A DNA stretch of 64,000 nt from Laetmonice hystrix (Eukaryota). The notes beneath the pieces are model-generated. The model did not search any database and was not told the origin of the DNA. It was given only the letters and a program-made list of their open reading frames with translations. Below, piece by piece: positions 23,915 to 37,157 of the stretch. The stretch is taken from assembly GCA_965235115.1 (NCBI GenBank), contig OZ249436.1, forward strand, positions 620,001 to 684,000, in the 5' to 3' direction. Every line of letters begins with the position of its first letter. The stretch's first letter is position 1. Both the position numbers and the translations under genes were made by a program.

Positions 23915-25376
23915 TTGGTTATTTTCCTTGTGAGATGGTTACATTCCTGTTGGGTTGGTTATATTTCTGTTGGGTTGGTTATAATTATTGCTGCTGAGTT
24001 AGCTATATTTCTGTTGATGTGGTTATAGCATATCTGTTGAATTGGCTCTATTCCTGTTGATTTAGTTATATTTCTGCCGTGTCAGTTATATTTCTGTTGA
24101 CGTGGTTATAGCATATCTGTTGAAATGGCTCTATTTCTGTTGAGTTGGTTATATTCCTGTTGATTTAGTTATATTTCTGCTGTGTTAGTTATATTTCTGT
24201 TGACGTGGTTGTGGTATATCTGTTGAAATGGCTCTATTTCTGTTGAGTTGGTTATATTCCTGTTGATTTAGTTATATTTCTGCTGTGTTAGTTATATTTC
24301 TGTTGACGTGGTTATAGCATATCTGTTGAAATGGCTCTATTCCTGTTGATTTGGTTATATTCCTGTTGATTTAGTTATATTTCTGTTGTGTTGTTATATT
24401 TCTGTTGTGTTGTTATATTTCTGTTGATGTGGTTATAGTGTGTTGGGGATTTAGTGCGGTGTGTGTGTTGTGTGTTGTGTTGTTAAGTTGCGTGGTAGAT
24501 GTTGATTGTGAGATTGAGATGGTGCGCCGTAGCTTAGATGTTTAAGCTAATTTAAAGTCGTTCTCCACCGTGATGTTTAAAGGAAAGCTAGCTGGGGTAG
24601 CAGAGCACTCTCGATGGTATAGAGAGGCCACACACACTCAGTCCCAAACACTTGCATTGAGTAAATCCAATGTCTACGCTTTATTCCTATTCCTAGTTAA
24701 GGAATGGAATCTTGCTGACTCGATAGCTTTGGTCTCTCTCCATATCCGACCCTGGCTGACACCAGTTTCAGGTATATCGAGGCGCCCACTTCACTCCCCT
24801 GATTTCTTAAGCGGGACACTTTATATAGGTCCCAGGGTGAGAGGAACATAGGCGCTGACGTCATTTTCATCCAATGAGATGGATAGTGTACGTGCGGTGA
24901 TCACTGGTCATCGCCTGCCCCTCCTTCGCCCGTGGGCCGGGGTCGGTCAGCACCCTGTCTGTGTGTATGGACTGTGTGTCCCTACACACCAGTATATCTG
25001 TTGAATCGGATCTATTTCTGTTGAGTTGGTTATATTCCTGTTGATTTAGTTATATTTCTGCTAAGTTAGTTATATTTATGTTGACGTGGTTATAGCATAT
25101 CTGTTGAAATGGCTCTATTCCTGTTGACTTGGTTATATTCCTGTTGATTTACTTATAGTTCTGCTGTGTTAGTTATATTTCTGTTGATGTGGTTATAGCA
25201 TATCTGTTGACTTGGTTCTATTTCTGTTGAGTTGGTTATATTCCTGTTGATTTAGTTATATTTCTGCTGTGTTAGTTATATTTCTGTTGACGTGGTTATA
25301 GCATATCTGTTGAATCTGCTCTATTTCTGATGGGTTGGTTATATTCCTGTTGAGTTGGTTATATTCCTGTTGGTTA
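23915..25376. repeat. Degenerate T-rich satellite (GTTATATTTCTGTTGA-type) interrupted by an LTR-like insert
   Basis: Related units lie on both sides of 24439-24988. Confidence 0.85.
24439..24988 (-). mobile_element. Probable solo LTR (550 bp)
   Basis: Unique sequence interrupting a satellite. TG...CA ends with a short inverted repeat (TGTGTTGGGGA / TCCCTACACA). On the minus strand, TATATAAA (about 24820-24827) precedes AATAAA (24685-24680) in U3-R-U5 order. The TSD is only partly conserved (ATAG/CCAG). Confidence 0.6.
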
Positions 25377-25732
25377 TCTGTAATGTTGGAATCGTCCGCC
25401 AGGGTTTACCTGCGAGGATATCTACGGTGTTACACTGACCTCCCGTGCAGCGTCCTCCTGTCGGTTTTCATCGTCTCCATGCTGTATGCCATACGAGTAC
25501 TAAATTGCCGGATCCTATGCTTGTCCAAGCAATGACCTCATAAGCACTCTCAATGTGTGGAGGTCATCTTGACGCTACAGGCGCCTCAAATGACCGCCAG
25601 GCCAAGGACGCCGTTATAATAAGCGTCATTCGAGGCAGCCTCTTGACCCTGGCTCTGCGGCGTGTTGCCTGGCGGTGCTGAGGACACGACGTCTCTCGAT
25701 CATCGCTGAGACCTGCTGGCCGCCACCGACAC

Positions 25733-26685
25733 TGTCTCCTTGCCTAGCTCTCTCCGTCCATACAACTCCCTGCCTCTCTCCGTCCGTACAACTCCCTGCC
25801 TCTCTCCGTCCATACAACTCCCTGCCTCTCTCCGTCCGTACAACTCTCTGTCTCCCTGCCTACCTCTCTCCGTCCATACAACTCTCTGTCTCCCTGCCTC
25901 TCTCCGTCCGTACCACTCTCTGTCTCCCTGCCTCTCTGTCTCCCTGCCTCTCTCCGTCCGTACAACTCTCTGTCTCCCTGCCTCTCTGTCTCCCTGCCTC
26001 TCTCCGTCCGTACAACTCTCTGTCTCCCTGCCTCTCTGTCTCCCTGCCTCTCTCCGTCCGTACAACTCTCTGTCTCCCTGCCTCTCTGTCTCCCTGACTC
26101 TCTCCGTCCGTACAACTCTCTGTCTCCCTGCCTGTCTCCGTCCGTACCACTCTCTGTCTCCCTGCCTCTCTCCGTCCCTACAACTCTTTGTCTCCCTGCC
26201 TCTCTCCGTCCGTACCACTCCCTGTCTCCCTGCCTCTCTCCGTCCGTACAACTCTCTGTCTCCCTGCCTCTCTCCGTCCGTACCACTCCCTGTCTCCCTG
26301 CCTCTCTCCGTCCGTACAACTCTCTGTCTCCCTGCCTGTCTCCGTCCGTACAACTCTCTGTCTCCCTGCCTGTCTCCGTCCGTACAACTCTCAGCTGTCT
26401 CCCTGCCTCTCTCCGTCCGTACCACTCTCTGTCTCCCTGCCTAGCTCTCTCCGTCCCTACAACTCTCTGTCTCCCTGCCTCTCTCCGTCCGTACCACTCT
26501 CTGTCTCCCTGCCTCTCTCCCACCCTACAACTCTCTGTCTCCCTGCCTCTCTCCGTCCGTACAACTCTCTGTCTCCCTGCCTCTCTCCGTCCGTACAACT
26601 CTCTGTCTCCCTGCCTCTCTCCGTCCCTACAACTCTCTGTCTCCCTGCCTCTCTCCGTCCGTACCACACTCCCTGTCTCCCTGCC
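25733..26685. repeat. Pyrimidine-rich compound satellite (CTCTCTGTCTCCCTGCCTCTCTCCGTCCGTACAA)
   Basis: Tandem variants. Source of the spurious RE-rich ORFs. Confidence 0.95.
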
Positions 26686-27110
26686 TTTCTGCCTGGATTG
26701 CCGTCAAGGCCCCGGCCGCTGTTGTTGCCGCCAGTCACGGCCACTAGCGGACTCTCGGCGGCCGCCCTCAGTACACTGCTGAGCGTAACATTTCCATGCT
26801 GACTGACTGACTGGCTGGCGGCCTCCTTCCCTTCCTCCGTCCTTCCCTCCCTCCTTACGTTCGTCCCTCACAGCGCTGAGTCTGTCAGCGGCAGGAGCCA
26901 GAACATAGTCTCCACACCACGACTCTACGTTCTCCATCGGAAAACATGCTCTCCGCCAAGAAAAATCAATCCACCCCTAAAACATTCAATACAGAAGGGT
27001 TGTGGCGGTCTCGAACGCTCTACGCCCGCCTCGAGGATGCTGTTGTTATGATAACTTGTGGTTGGGAGGGATTAAGGAAAAGTCATGATCCCATTAATCA
27101 CAGACCACCG

Positions 27111-27530
27111 GGCTGACCCCAAAACTCTAACACAGAAATCTCGGCTGACCCCAAAACTCTAACACAGAAATCTCGGCTGACCCCAAAACTCTAACACAGA
27201 AATCTCGGCTGACCCCAAAACTCTAACACAGAAATCACGGCTGACCCCAAAACTCTAACACAGAAATCTCGGCTGACCCCAAAACTCTAACACAGAAATC
27301 TCGGCTGACCCCAAAACTCTAACACAGAAATCTCGGCTGACCCCAAAACTCTAACACAGAAATCTCGGCTGACCCCAAAACTCTAACACAGAAATCTCGA
27401 CTGACCCCAAAACTCTAACACAGAAATCTCGGCTGACCCCAAAACTCTAACACAGAAATCTCGGCTGACCCAAAAACTCTAACACAGAAATCACGGCTGA
27501 CCCCAAAACTCTAACACAGAAATCTCGGCT
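27111..27530. repeat. 32-bp minisatellite, about 13 copies
   Basis: GGCTGACCCCAAAACTCTAACACAGAAATCTC repeated. Confidence 0.95.
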
Positions 27531-27605
27531 GGTGCAAACACGTGCTACCGTGAACACAATCAGAGAACGGCTCAAACACTCGGCGACATGGACGTTTGTC
27601 TTTAA

Positions 27606-28836
27606 GAAGACAGGCCAGCCCCATGATGAAGGTTGCCGGTTACTGTACAGAAGACAGGCCAGTCCCATGATGAAGGTTCCCGGTTACTGTACAGAAGACA
27701 GGCCAGCCCCATGATGAAGGTTCCCGGTTACTGTACAGAAGACAGGCCAGCCCCATGATGAAGGTTCCCGGTTACTGTAGTACAGAAGACAGGCCAGCCC
27801 CATGATGAAGGTTCCCGGTTACTGTACAGAAGACAGGCCAGCCCCATGATGAAGGTTCCCGGTTACTGTACAGAAGACAGGCCAGCCCCATGATGAAGGT
27901 TCCCGGTTACTGTACAGAAGACAGGCCAGTCCCATGATGAAGGTTCCCGGTTACTGTACAGAAGACAGGCCAGCCCCATGATGAAGGTTCCCGGTTACTG
28001 TACAGAAGACAGGCCAGCCCCATGATGAAGGTTCCCGGTTACTGTAGTACAGAAGACAGGCCAGCCCCATGATGAAGGTTCCCGGTTACTGTACAGAAGA
28101 CAGGCCAGCCCCATGATGAAGGTTCCCGGTTACTGTACAGAAGACAGGCCAGCCCCATGATGAAGGTTCCCGGTTACTGTACAGAAGACAGGCCAGCCCC
28201 ATGATGAAGGTTCCCGGTTACTGTACAGAAGACAGGCCAGCCCCATGATGAAGGTTCCCGGTTACTGTAGTACAGAAGACAGGCCAGCCCCATGATGAAG
28301 GTTCCCGGTTACTGTACAGAAGACAGGCCAGCCCCATGATGAAGGTTCCCGGTTACTGTAGTACAGAAGACAGGCCAGCCCCATGATGAAGGTTCCCGGT
28401 TACTGTACAGAAGACAGGCCAGCCCCATGATGAAGGTTCCCGGCTACTGTACAGAAGACAGGCCAGCCCCATGATGAAGGTTCCCGGTTACTGTACAGAA
28501 GACAGGCCAGCCCCATGATGAAGGTTCCCGGTTACTGTACAGAAGACAGGCCAGCCCCATGATGAAGGTTCCCGGTTACTGTACAGAAGACAGGCCGGCC
28601 CCATGATGAAGGTTCCCGGTTACTGTACAGAAGACAGGCCAGCCCCATGATGAAGGTTCCCGGTTACTGTACAGAAGACAGGCCCATGATGAAGGTTCCC
28701 GGTTACTGTACAGAAGACAGCCCCATGATGAAGGTTCCCGGTTACTGTTACAGAAGACAGGCCCATGATGAAGGTTCCCGGTTACTGTACAGAAGACAGG
28801 CCAGCCCCATGATGAAGGTTCCCGGTTACTGTACAG
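27606..28836. repeat. 44-bp minisatellite, about 28 copies
   Basis: GAAGACAGGCCAGCCCCATGATGAAGGTTCCCGGTTACTGTACA repeated. Confidence 0.95.
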
Positions 28837-29369
28837 ACCTTCACACCCACGCTGCAGTCTGACATCTGGCGATGTGTGTGATCATTAACCTCGTCATGTG
28901 TCGTCGTATTTATCAAACATGATAACAGGTTCGTGCTAACATCATCCTCGACACCTTCTTCCACTGACTGGCCGTGCCTGGAGCACACCTCCGCACACAC
29001 CGAGCAGGCATTCGCTCTCACACACATAGTCCGCCAAAAACCATTCACAATAAACGGTAGTCATGCTAAAGATCGTTTCCCGCTATAAACAGAAATCTTT
29101 TACACCTATTACAATAAAAAAAGGTTCACATACAACAATATGAAGAGACCGACATTATGTCTAGTCGTACGCGGCCTATAACATTCTGACTGGAACAATA
29201 CTATCTGGATGTCGGTACTATTATAACATAAGTATATACCCACATGGCGCCTACCGGAGCTAGCGCCGGTGACGGAAGGAAGTGTCACCCTCCTCCAGGA
29301 GACCGGCGTCGCCCACCGTATCCTTCCTCCGTTATATGACTGCGTCTCTCTGGGCGGCTCGTCGCCAGT

Positions 29370-29406
29370 AACCGATCGATCCTGCTACCCGCCGGTCGCT
29401 TTTATA
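29370..29406 (-). promoter_or_regulatory. Candidate TATA/Inr core promoter in a CpG-rich patch
   Basis: Minus-strand TATAAAAG at 29406-29399, Inr-like TCGGTT about 30 nt downstream (29375-29370), and donor-like CCG|GTAGGC near 29254. Motif-only evidence. Confidence 0.35.
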
Positions 29407-30842
29407 CACCGGAGCCACCTGGCGGCGAGCACCCGTACTACGAGCGCACGACCGACCGGCAGGCAGAGCGACCGCCCGGCCGTTCGGACGCCGCCGCAGA
29501 CGCTGATGGCGTGGAGGGTGCTCGTCTGTGTCTCCCACCAATGGAATGTGCGTTTAATAAAGGATTACGGCGCGGCAGGCAATGGCGTCTTGAGACTTGA
29601 GATTAATTGCAATGTTTATAGCCGAGTTCTCCACCAAGGGTTACGGTCGAGTGACCCCTTGGTTGACAATCTACGGCCGTTTTTCTTGATTACTTAAATC
29701 ACCCTTTGTTACGGGACCATGCCGACCTAACACACATCATTCAGCCTACCCAGACATGGTTATCGCATTTTATTTTGAATATTGCAATCCGTTCTGAACG
29801 AAAGGCCGGAAACAATTCATTTAGATCCTATATGTCGTCCCGACCTAAGCCTATGTATCTGTAACTGTATTGCCCAAACTAGTCTTGTTGCTTCCACTAT
29901 CTAGATGTCGAGATCGTGGACCCAGACTGTGAACCAATGAGTCTGAAACCAACATTTTGTCAGGTGCTCGCGCGGCCGGATGCATTTCGTTTGATCAGTA
30001 TAATTGCTGCTGAGGGATACAGATGTGAAAGGACATGATACGCGTCCGTTTCGGCTGCTGTTGAACTATTGATTTAGTGAGCCACGCACTACTTTCAAGC
30101 CTAAGTACCGCTTCACCTTGGAAGCGGCGACAAATAAGTGGGCGGCCTTGTCCGATGGAAGGTTACAAACGTGAAACTAACAATTGGCGTTAACAACATC
30201 CTATAGAGTACAATCATGGCTTCCTCCGTGTGCCGCCGGCGTAACAGAGCGTTGGAACGGATGCGGTTTTCGAGGATGAATTAATCGATGGTGCAACATG
30301 TGTTACGTTACAGAGATCTATCCAACCATCAGGTTGCACATACCATCGACTGGCAGACAGACAATGTCTTTTTTGCTCGCCCGAGAGCTTTCGGCCTATG
30401 TAAGCCGTGCTTTCATGCCCACCACACAGGCTAGATACGTGCACTCTGTCGCCAGAAGTAGGGGCCTGTTATATGTGGATAGGGCCGAAACATTGAAAGT
30501 GTCCTGTTGTGGATCATACGGTTTTCATAGTGAATGTCATACCACAAAGAAATTGTTCAAACGCTTGCTATAAAGAAATACATTAGAAAAACAAGTTGGT
30601 CGCATTGCCGTACTGTCTGTTCAAAGACTCTGCCCATCCTCAAAATATAAATGTCTAATCAATATCTGTAGCAGCACGAAGTACTACATCTAGAAACTGA
30701 ATAAAACCTGCCACAACTTCATGTCCTTCACTCGCATTAACTTTTTTATATTTCATTGAATTTTTTTTCACCACGTCAATTATGTTCAAGATGCACCTGC
30801 CTCACCTCCACGAATAGCAACAGTGCCCCTCCGAACTTAACT

Positions 30843-31812
30843 CCACACACAACATCCCCACACAACCCCACACACGACATCCCCACACAACCCCACATAC
30901 AACATCCCCACACAACCCCACACACAACATCCCCACACAACCCCACATACAACATCCCCACACAACCCCACATACAACATCCCCACACAACCCCACATAC
31001 AACATCCCCACACAACCCCACATACAACATCCCCACACAACCCCACATACAACATCCCCACACAACCCCACATACAACATCCCCACACAACCCCACACAC
31101 AACATCCCCACACAACCCCACATACAACATCCCCACACAACCCCACATACAACATCCCCACACAACCCCACATACAACATCCTCGCTCAGACCCACTGAC
31201 ACTACAACCCCACACACGACATCCTCGCTCAGACCCACTGCCACTACAACCCCACACACGACATCCTCGCTCAGACCCACTGCCACTACAGCCCCACACA
31301 CGACATCCTCGCTCAGACCCACTGCCACTACAGCCCCACACACGACATCCTCGCTCAGACCCACTGCCACCGCGGCCCCACACACGACATCCTCGCTCAG
31401 ACCCACTGCCACTACAACCCCACACACGACATCCTCGCTCAGACCCACTGCCACTACAGCCCCACACACGACATCCTCGCTCAGACCCACTGCCACTACA
31501 GCCCCACACACGACATCCTCGCTCAGACCCACTGCCACTACAGACCCACACACGACATCCTCGCTCAGACCCACTGCCACTACATACCCACACACGACAT
31601 CCTCGCTCAGACCCACTGCCACTACAGCCCCACACACGACATCTTCGCTCAGACCCACTGCCACTACAGACCCACACACGACATCCTCGCTCAGACCCAG
31701 TGATAGCTACAGCCCCACACACGACATCCTCGCTCAGACCCAGTGATAGCTACAGCCCCACACACGACATCCTCGCTCAGACCCACTGCCACCACGGCCC
31801 CACACACGACAT
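30843..31812. repeat. Adjacent 25-bp and 42-bp CA-rich minisatellites
   Basis: AACATCCCCACACAACCCCACATAC units to about 31180, then ACATCCTCGCTCAGACCCACTGCCACTACAGCCCCACACACG units. Confidence 0.95.
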
Positions 31813-32996
31813 ATAGTATAGTCCAAGCACACGGACAAGACTTAATATAGGACGTAGGGGCAAATCGTCAACGTACATTTGCTTGAATACGACTTGGATA
31901 TCACGGCAGTTTGCGACCACTGGGAAACTACCTAGTTCAGGAACCTAGGAGGCTCACATTATGATACGTATGTACATAGACCTAGAGTCTAGGTCTATGG
32001 TATGTAGTAATAAGGTAAAGGCACGCCTAACTTACCAATGAAAGACTTTTACAACTCCTGGAAACTGCACCGTAGCCTAGTTCATGCAACTGTGCCGAAG
32101 GTATACCTGTAGTAGAACTGCCACTTACGAAACTGTACAAATGCCAGGTTTAGGTCCTCTCACCCTGACAAGGCTCTGTTGAAGGGGACATAACCTAGGT
32201 TACTCGATATAAAACAATTCTATGATGACCTTAACATACTGTAAACAATACAGAGCTGTCTGGACATGTTGGTCACACCCTCTAAGCCACTGGTCGGTCA
32301 CTGGCCGGTCATGCCCCAGCCCCTGTTGGTCACACCCTCTCAGCCCAGACAGCCACCACTGGCCGGCCAGTGGGGTATTAACGCCACATTCACCATCACG
32401 GGGTTCAAAGCCAAAGGTTCAATGAGTTTTAATGTGTACAGCTGTAAGTCCATGTAGATTACACATTCATTTCTTGGAACCCTTATAGACTAGCCTACGT
32501 AGTAAGCCTCAGCCAGTGAGGCTTACGACCACTCAATGTTAAAAATTGGTGTGTCAGTGGCAGCGGAAATTCATGTACCGATCAACTCACCGGCATCCAT
32601 TTATCAGATGCAACGTCTTCTTTTAGTGGTTCGACAAGTATTTTAAGGATAAAACATCACATTTCGAAGTGTCGTACAGCTGCGGCTTCCGTTGCCTGTT
32701 GATGTCCCAGCATGCATCTCTCTGACCTAGCAAGGTCCCCTGCTCTACGTATGTCGTAACATAGCGGACGCGTCTGTTAGGCAGGGTACCAGGCTACTCC
32801 CTGACCCGGGAGGTCAAGATGGCCGCGATAGGCAGAGAGCGAAATTCATCGATTCCAGACGTTGTGCTGCCCTTATTATGTCTCGTCGTGCTTTCCAAAC
32901 TTGTAAATAAGTGAGATAAGTTACTTTAAGCGGTTGGGTGACCGCAAGGAGACCGCAAGCAATCCGCAGCGGTGGATCAGGGCCTTTATAGACGTG

Positions 32997-33525
32997 TCTT
33001 ATGATTGGACTCCGTGTAAGAGAGGGCCATCTGCCTTTCTTTCTGACCTTAAAATTCTTATGATTGGACTCCGTGTAAGAGAGGGCCATCTGCCTTTCTT
33101 TCTGACCTTAAAATTCTTATGATTGTACTCCGTGTAAGAGAGAGGCATCTGCCTTTCTTTCTGACCTTAAAATTCTTATGATTGTACTCCGTGTAAGAGA
33201 GAGGCATCTGCCTTTCTTTCTGACCTTAAAATTCTTATGATTGTACTCCGTGTAAGAGAGAGGCATCTGCCTTTCTTTCTGACCTTAAAATTCTTATGAT
33301 TGTACTCCGTGTAAGAGAGGGCCATCTGCCTTTCTTTCTGACCTTAAAATTCTTATGATTGGACTCCGTGTAAGAGAGGGGCATCTGCCTTTCTTTCTGA
33401 CCTTAAAATTCTTATGATTGTACTCCGTGTAAGAGAGGGCCATCTGCCTTTCTTTCTGACCTTAAAATTCTTATGATTGGACTCTGTGTAAGAGAGGGGC
33501 ATCTGCCTTTCTTTCTGACCTTAAA
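32997..33525. repeat. 59-bp minisatellite, about 9 copies
   Basis: CTTATGATTGGACTCCGTGTAAGAGAGGGCCATCTGCCTTTCTTTCTGACCTTAAAATT repeated. Confidence 0.95.
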
Positions 33526-35604
33526 AGGTGCCACCATATTGATTGCTTATTACACGGTGCTTGACATTTTTTTCTTTGGTGTCTTTTTCACAGACAACCG
33601 AGTGGTTTAATTCAAGCCTTAACCCGACTTTCAGCAGTGGGCACTGACCCCATGTACACGTTCTTCTGTCCCAACCTTTCAGACGACAACCCTCGCTATA
33701 GGTAAAGTAAGTCCGGGTTGGGGACATTCATATACACCTCACACAGCCGACAAATTGCTGCCATTGCTCATCTTGGTGAGAGACACGATCAATTACTATT
33801 ATCTGTTTTCCGCCAATGTTGCCGAACCTGTTTCCCTGGCTTTACCATGTAATGACTATTAGGGCCACCGAGCGTACGGACCGATAAGTCGCCGGGCCGA
33901 CCGCCTCTCTCCCCCGGGTCCGCCACCCCGCCCCGCGCCTCCCCTCCCCGCCCCGTCACTCCCAGCCTAGACAATTCTCCTTCCCACCTCAAACACCCTG
34001 ACCCATCGACTTAAATGGAACCTTCAAAGGAAGCTCTCCATCATCAGCTGTCGTAGATGACGAGTGTAAAAATGGCTAGGTTTTATGTCTAAGCCCAGAG
34101 AAGCAAACGGTCCTACTTATTTCTCCAGTTGTGGGCAGCAGCTCCTTTATTTATCAGCGCCACCGTGTGGGCAGTGGGTGAACTAAGGAGGCGGATAAAA
34201 GTTCCCAATGAGAACTGTTGCGGCAATGGCAAGCCCTTGCTAGTATATACTGATGCCGAGTTGTACGACTTTCTAGTTTCGATATGGTCGTCGAGGGACC
34301 ATCCAGAAGAGGGTGCCCTGAGTTGAAGCTTAATACGCACAGTTGTGCAATAAATCTAGACTTAAGTCCATGATGAAAAGGAACTGAGGAGGTATTCGGT
34401 GGTATGGAACTTAAGATATGGAAAGCCGGCAAGGCAACTGCACTTAAGAAGTATATAATGCGCGTCGTTGGCTGGACGTATGCTGATCCCAAAATGAAAC
34501 ATCATTTTTCATCCATTTTTTCCTCTACTTCCACTCTTACTTCCTCTACTTCCGCGGCTTCTCGTTTCTCTCCCGACACCCCCACTATAACAAGAAAAAG
34601 CCATCTCGAGCCACATTACCCAACGGTCGGCTGGCTCCTATATAGATGTCTTAAGCCCGACATATTTGATATCATATCCACAAAAGCTTAGCGTCGTTAA
34701 TGAAAAACGAGACACACCCTGCGCAAACGAGATAAATGCTGAAACTACACTAAGTCACGGCAACAAATTGGTTTGGTGAGCTGCGGTTCCAGTGGCGGGT
34801 TTCATTTACATCGCCCGAACCGAGCTGGGTCTTTAAGAACTTGGGACGCTACAAGACGACCTTATCAGCACGCACCGAGGTCATCCGACCGAAATAGTCT
34901 CATGTTTCTTCAGAAAACAAGAAATCGGGAAATTGAAATGGGGTCAAAGATCGATAGAGGTACGACCTGTCCTCCAGTGTTAGTGCAGCCGTCTGAATGG
35001 CCGTCAAAACGTCATTCACTCACGATAGGTTTTACAACTTCATACCATAACTCACACAGATAGGGCGCATCCTGCTTGAGGCACATTACGTGTACACACA
35101 AATAATAATACTACAAAATACTATGTTTATAAGCTGTAACAATTTGACGTGAAGTAAAGTGGCTGCCAAGCGCAAACGTCTAACCGTCATGATTTTGTGA
35201 TAAACCACGTCAGACATATTGTTGTTCCTCTATAGTATTACAAGAAGGTATTACGATTTTATTATAATATCTGCTACCTCACAAATGTCGTCTTCTTCCT
35301 CTCCTCCTGCTCCTTACAGCAGAAGTTAAATCTCCGGACAAATCTCCTCCAAATCAACATCAAGCTGGTGTCACAATGTCATAGGAAATTTCTGAAATGT
35401 GCTAATGAAGCAATCCAATTCAAAGATGTCAACTTTTTTGCCGGAAAACGATCTTACAACGACATCATCAAACGGAAAACGAACGTCAAATGGCAAATTG
35501 AAATCAAATATTAAAACGGACAAACTGCCATGCAGATAGTCATGCGGTATAAAACTACTACAATGTCTCATTAAATATAGCGCCCGACTAAAGAGGCCGT
35601 TTCG

Positions 35605-37157
35605 CTATACTACTCATGCATTCGGACCTATAGCCGCTCTAAACCCCTAATTCCCTATACTACTCATACATGCGGATCTATAGCCGCTCTAAACCCCTGA
35701 TTTCCTATACTACTCATACATGCGGATCTATAGCCGCTCTAAAGCCCTGATTTCCTATACTACTTACCCTGATTTCCTATACTACTCATGCATGCGGATC
35801 TATAGCCGCTCTAAACCCCTGATTTCCTATACTACTTACCCTGATTTCCTATACTACTCATGCATGCGGATCTATAGCCGCTCTAAACCCCTGATTTCCT
35901 ATACTACTTACCCTGATTTCCTATACTACTTACCCTGATTTCCTATACTACTCATGCATTCGGATCTATAGCCGCTCTAAACCCCTGATTTCCTATACTA
36001 CTCATGCATGCGGATCTATAGCCGCTCTAAACCCCTGATTTCCTATACTACTCATGCATGCGGATCTATAGCCGCTCTAAACCCCTGATTTCCTATACTA
36101 CTTACCCTGATTTCCTATACTACTTACCCTGATTTCCTATACTACTCATGCATGCGGATCTATAGCCGCTCTAAACCCCTGATTTCCTATACTACTCATG
36201 CATGCGGATCTATAGCCGCTCTAAACCCCTGATTTCCTATACTACTTACCCTGATTTCCTATACTACTTACCCTTATTTCCTATACTACTCATGCATGCG
36301 GATCTATAGCCGCTCTAAACCCCTGATTTCCTATACTACTTACCCTGATTTCCTATACTACTCATGCATGCGGATCTATAGCTGCTCTAAACCCCTGATT
36401 TCCTATACTACTTACCTGATTTCCTATACTACTCATGCATGCGGATCTATAGCCGCTCTAAACCCCTGATTTCCTATACTACTTACCCTGATTTCCTATA
36501 CTACTCATACATGCGGATCTATAGCCGCTCTAAACCCCTGATTTCCTATACTACTCATGCATGCGGATCTATAGCCGCTCTAAACCCCTGATTTCCTATA
36601 CTACTTACCCTGATTTCCTATACTACTTACCCTGATTTCCTATACTACTCATACATGCGGATCTATAGCCGCTCTAAACCCCTGATTTCCTATACTACTT
36701 ACCCTGATTTCCTATACTACTCATGCATGCGGATCTATAGCCGCTCTAAACCCCTGATTTCCTATACTACTTACCCTGATTTCCTATACTACTCATGCAT
36801 GCGGATCTATAGCCGCTCCAAACCCCTGATTTCCTATACTACTCATACATGCGGATCTATAGCCGCTCTAAACCCCTGCTTTCCTATATTACCCTGATTT
36901 CCTATACTACTCATGCATGCGGATCTATAGCCGCTCTAAACCCCTGATTTCCTATACTACTTACCCTGATTTCCTATACTACTCATGCATGCGGATCTAT
37001 AGCCGCTCCAAACCCCTGATTTCCTATACTACTTACCCTGATTTCCTATACTACTCATGCATGCGGATCTATAGCCGCTCCAAACCCCTGATTTCCTATA
37101 CTACTCATGCATGCGGATCTATAGCCGCTCTAAACCCCTGATTTCCTATACTACTTA
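35605..37157. repeat. Compound minisatellite (CCCTGATTTCCTATACTACT plus CATGCATGCGGATCTATAGCCGCTCTAAAC modules)
   Basis: Two modules interleaved in variable order. Confidence 0.95.

Noticed and set aside
25626..26802. RE-rich and LSP-rich ORFs
   Set aside because: Translations of a compound pyrimidine-rich satellite.
30756..31722. Keratin-associated-like GC/GS-rich ORFs
   Set aside because: Derived from 25- and 42-bp tandem repeats and open in multiple frames.
34154..34492. Possible decayed CR1/L2 reverse-transcriptase C-terminal fragment (RIIYFL...VPFHHGL)
   Set aside because: Resemblance too faint to support without a profile search.
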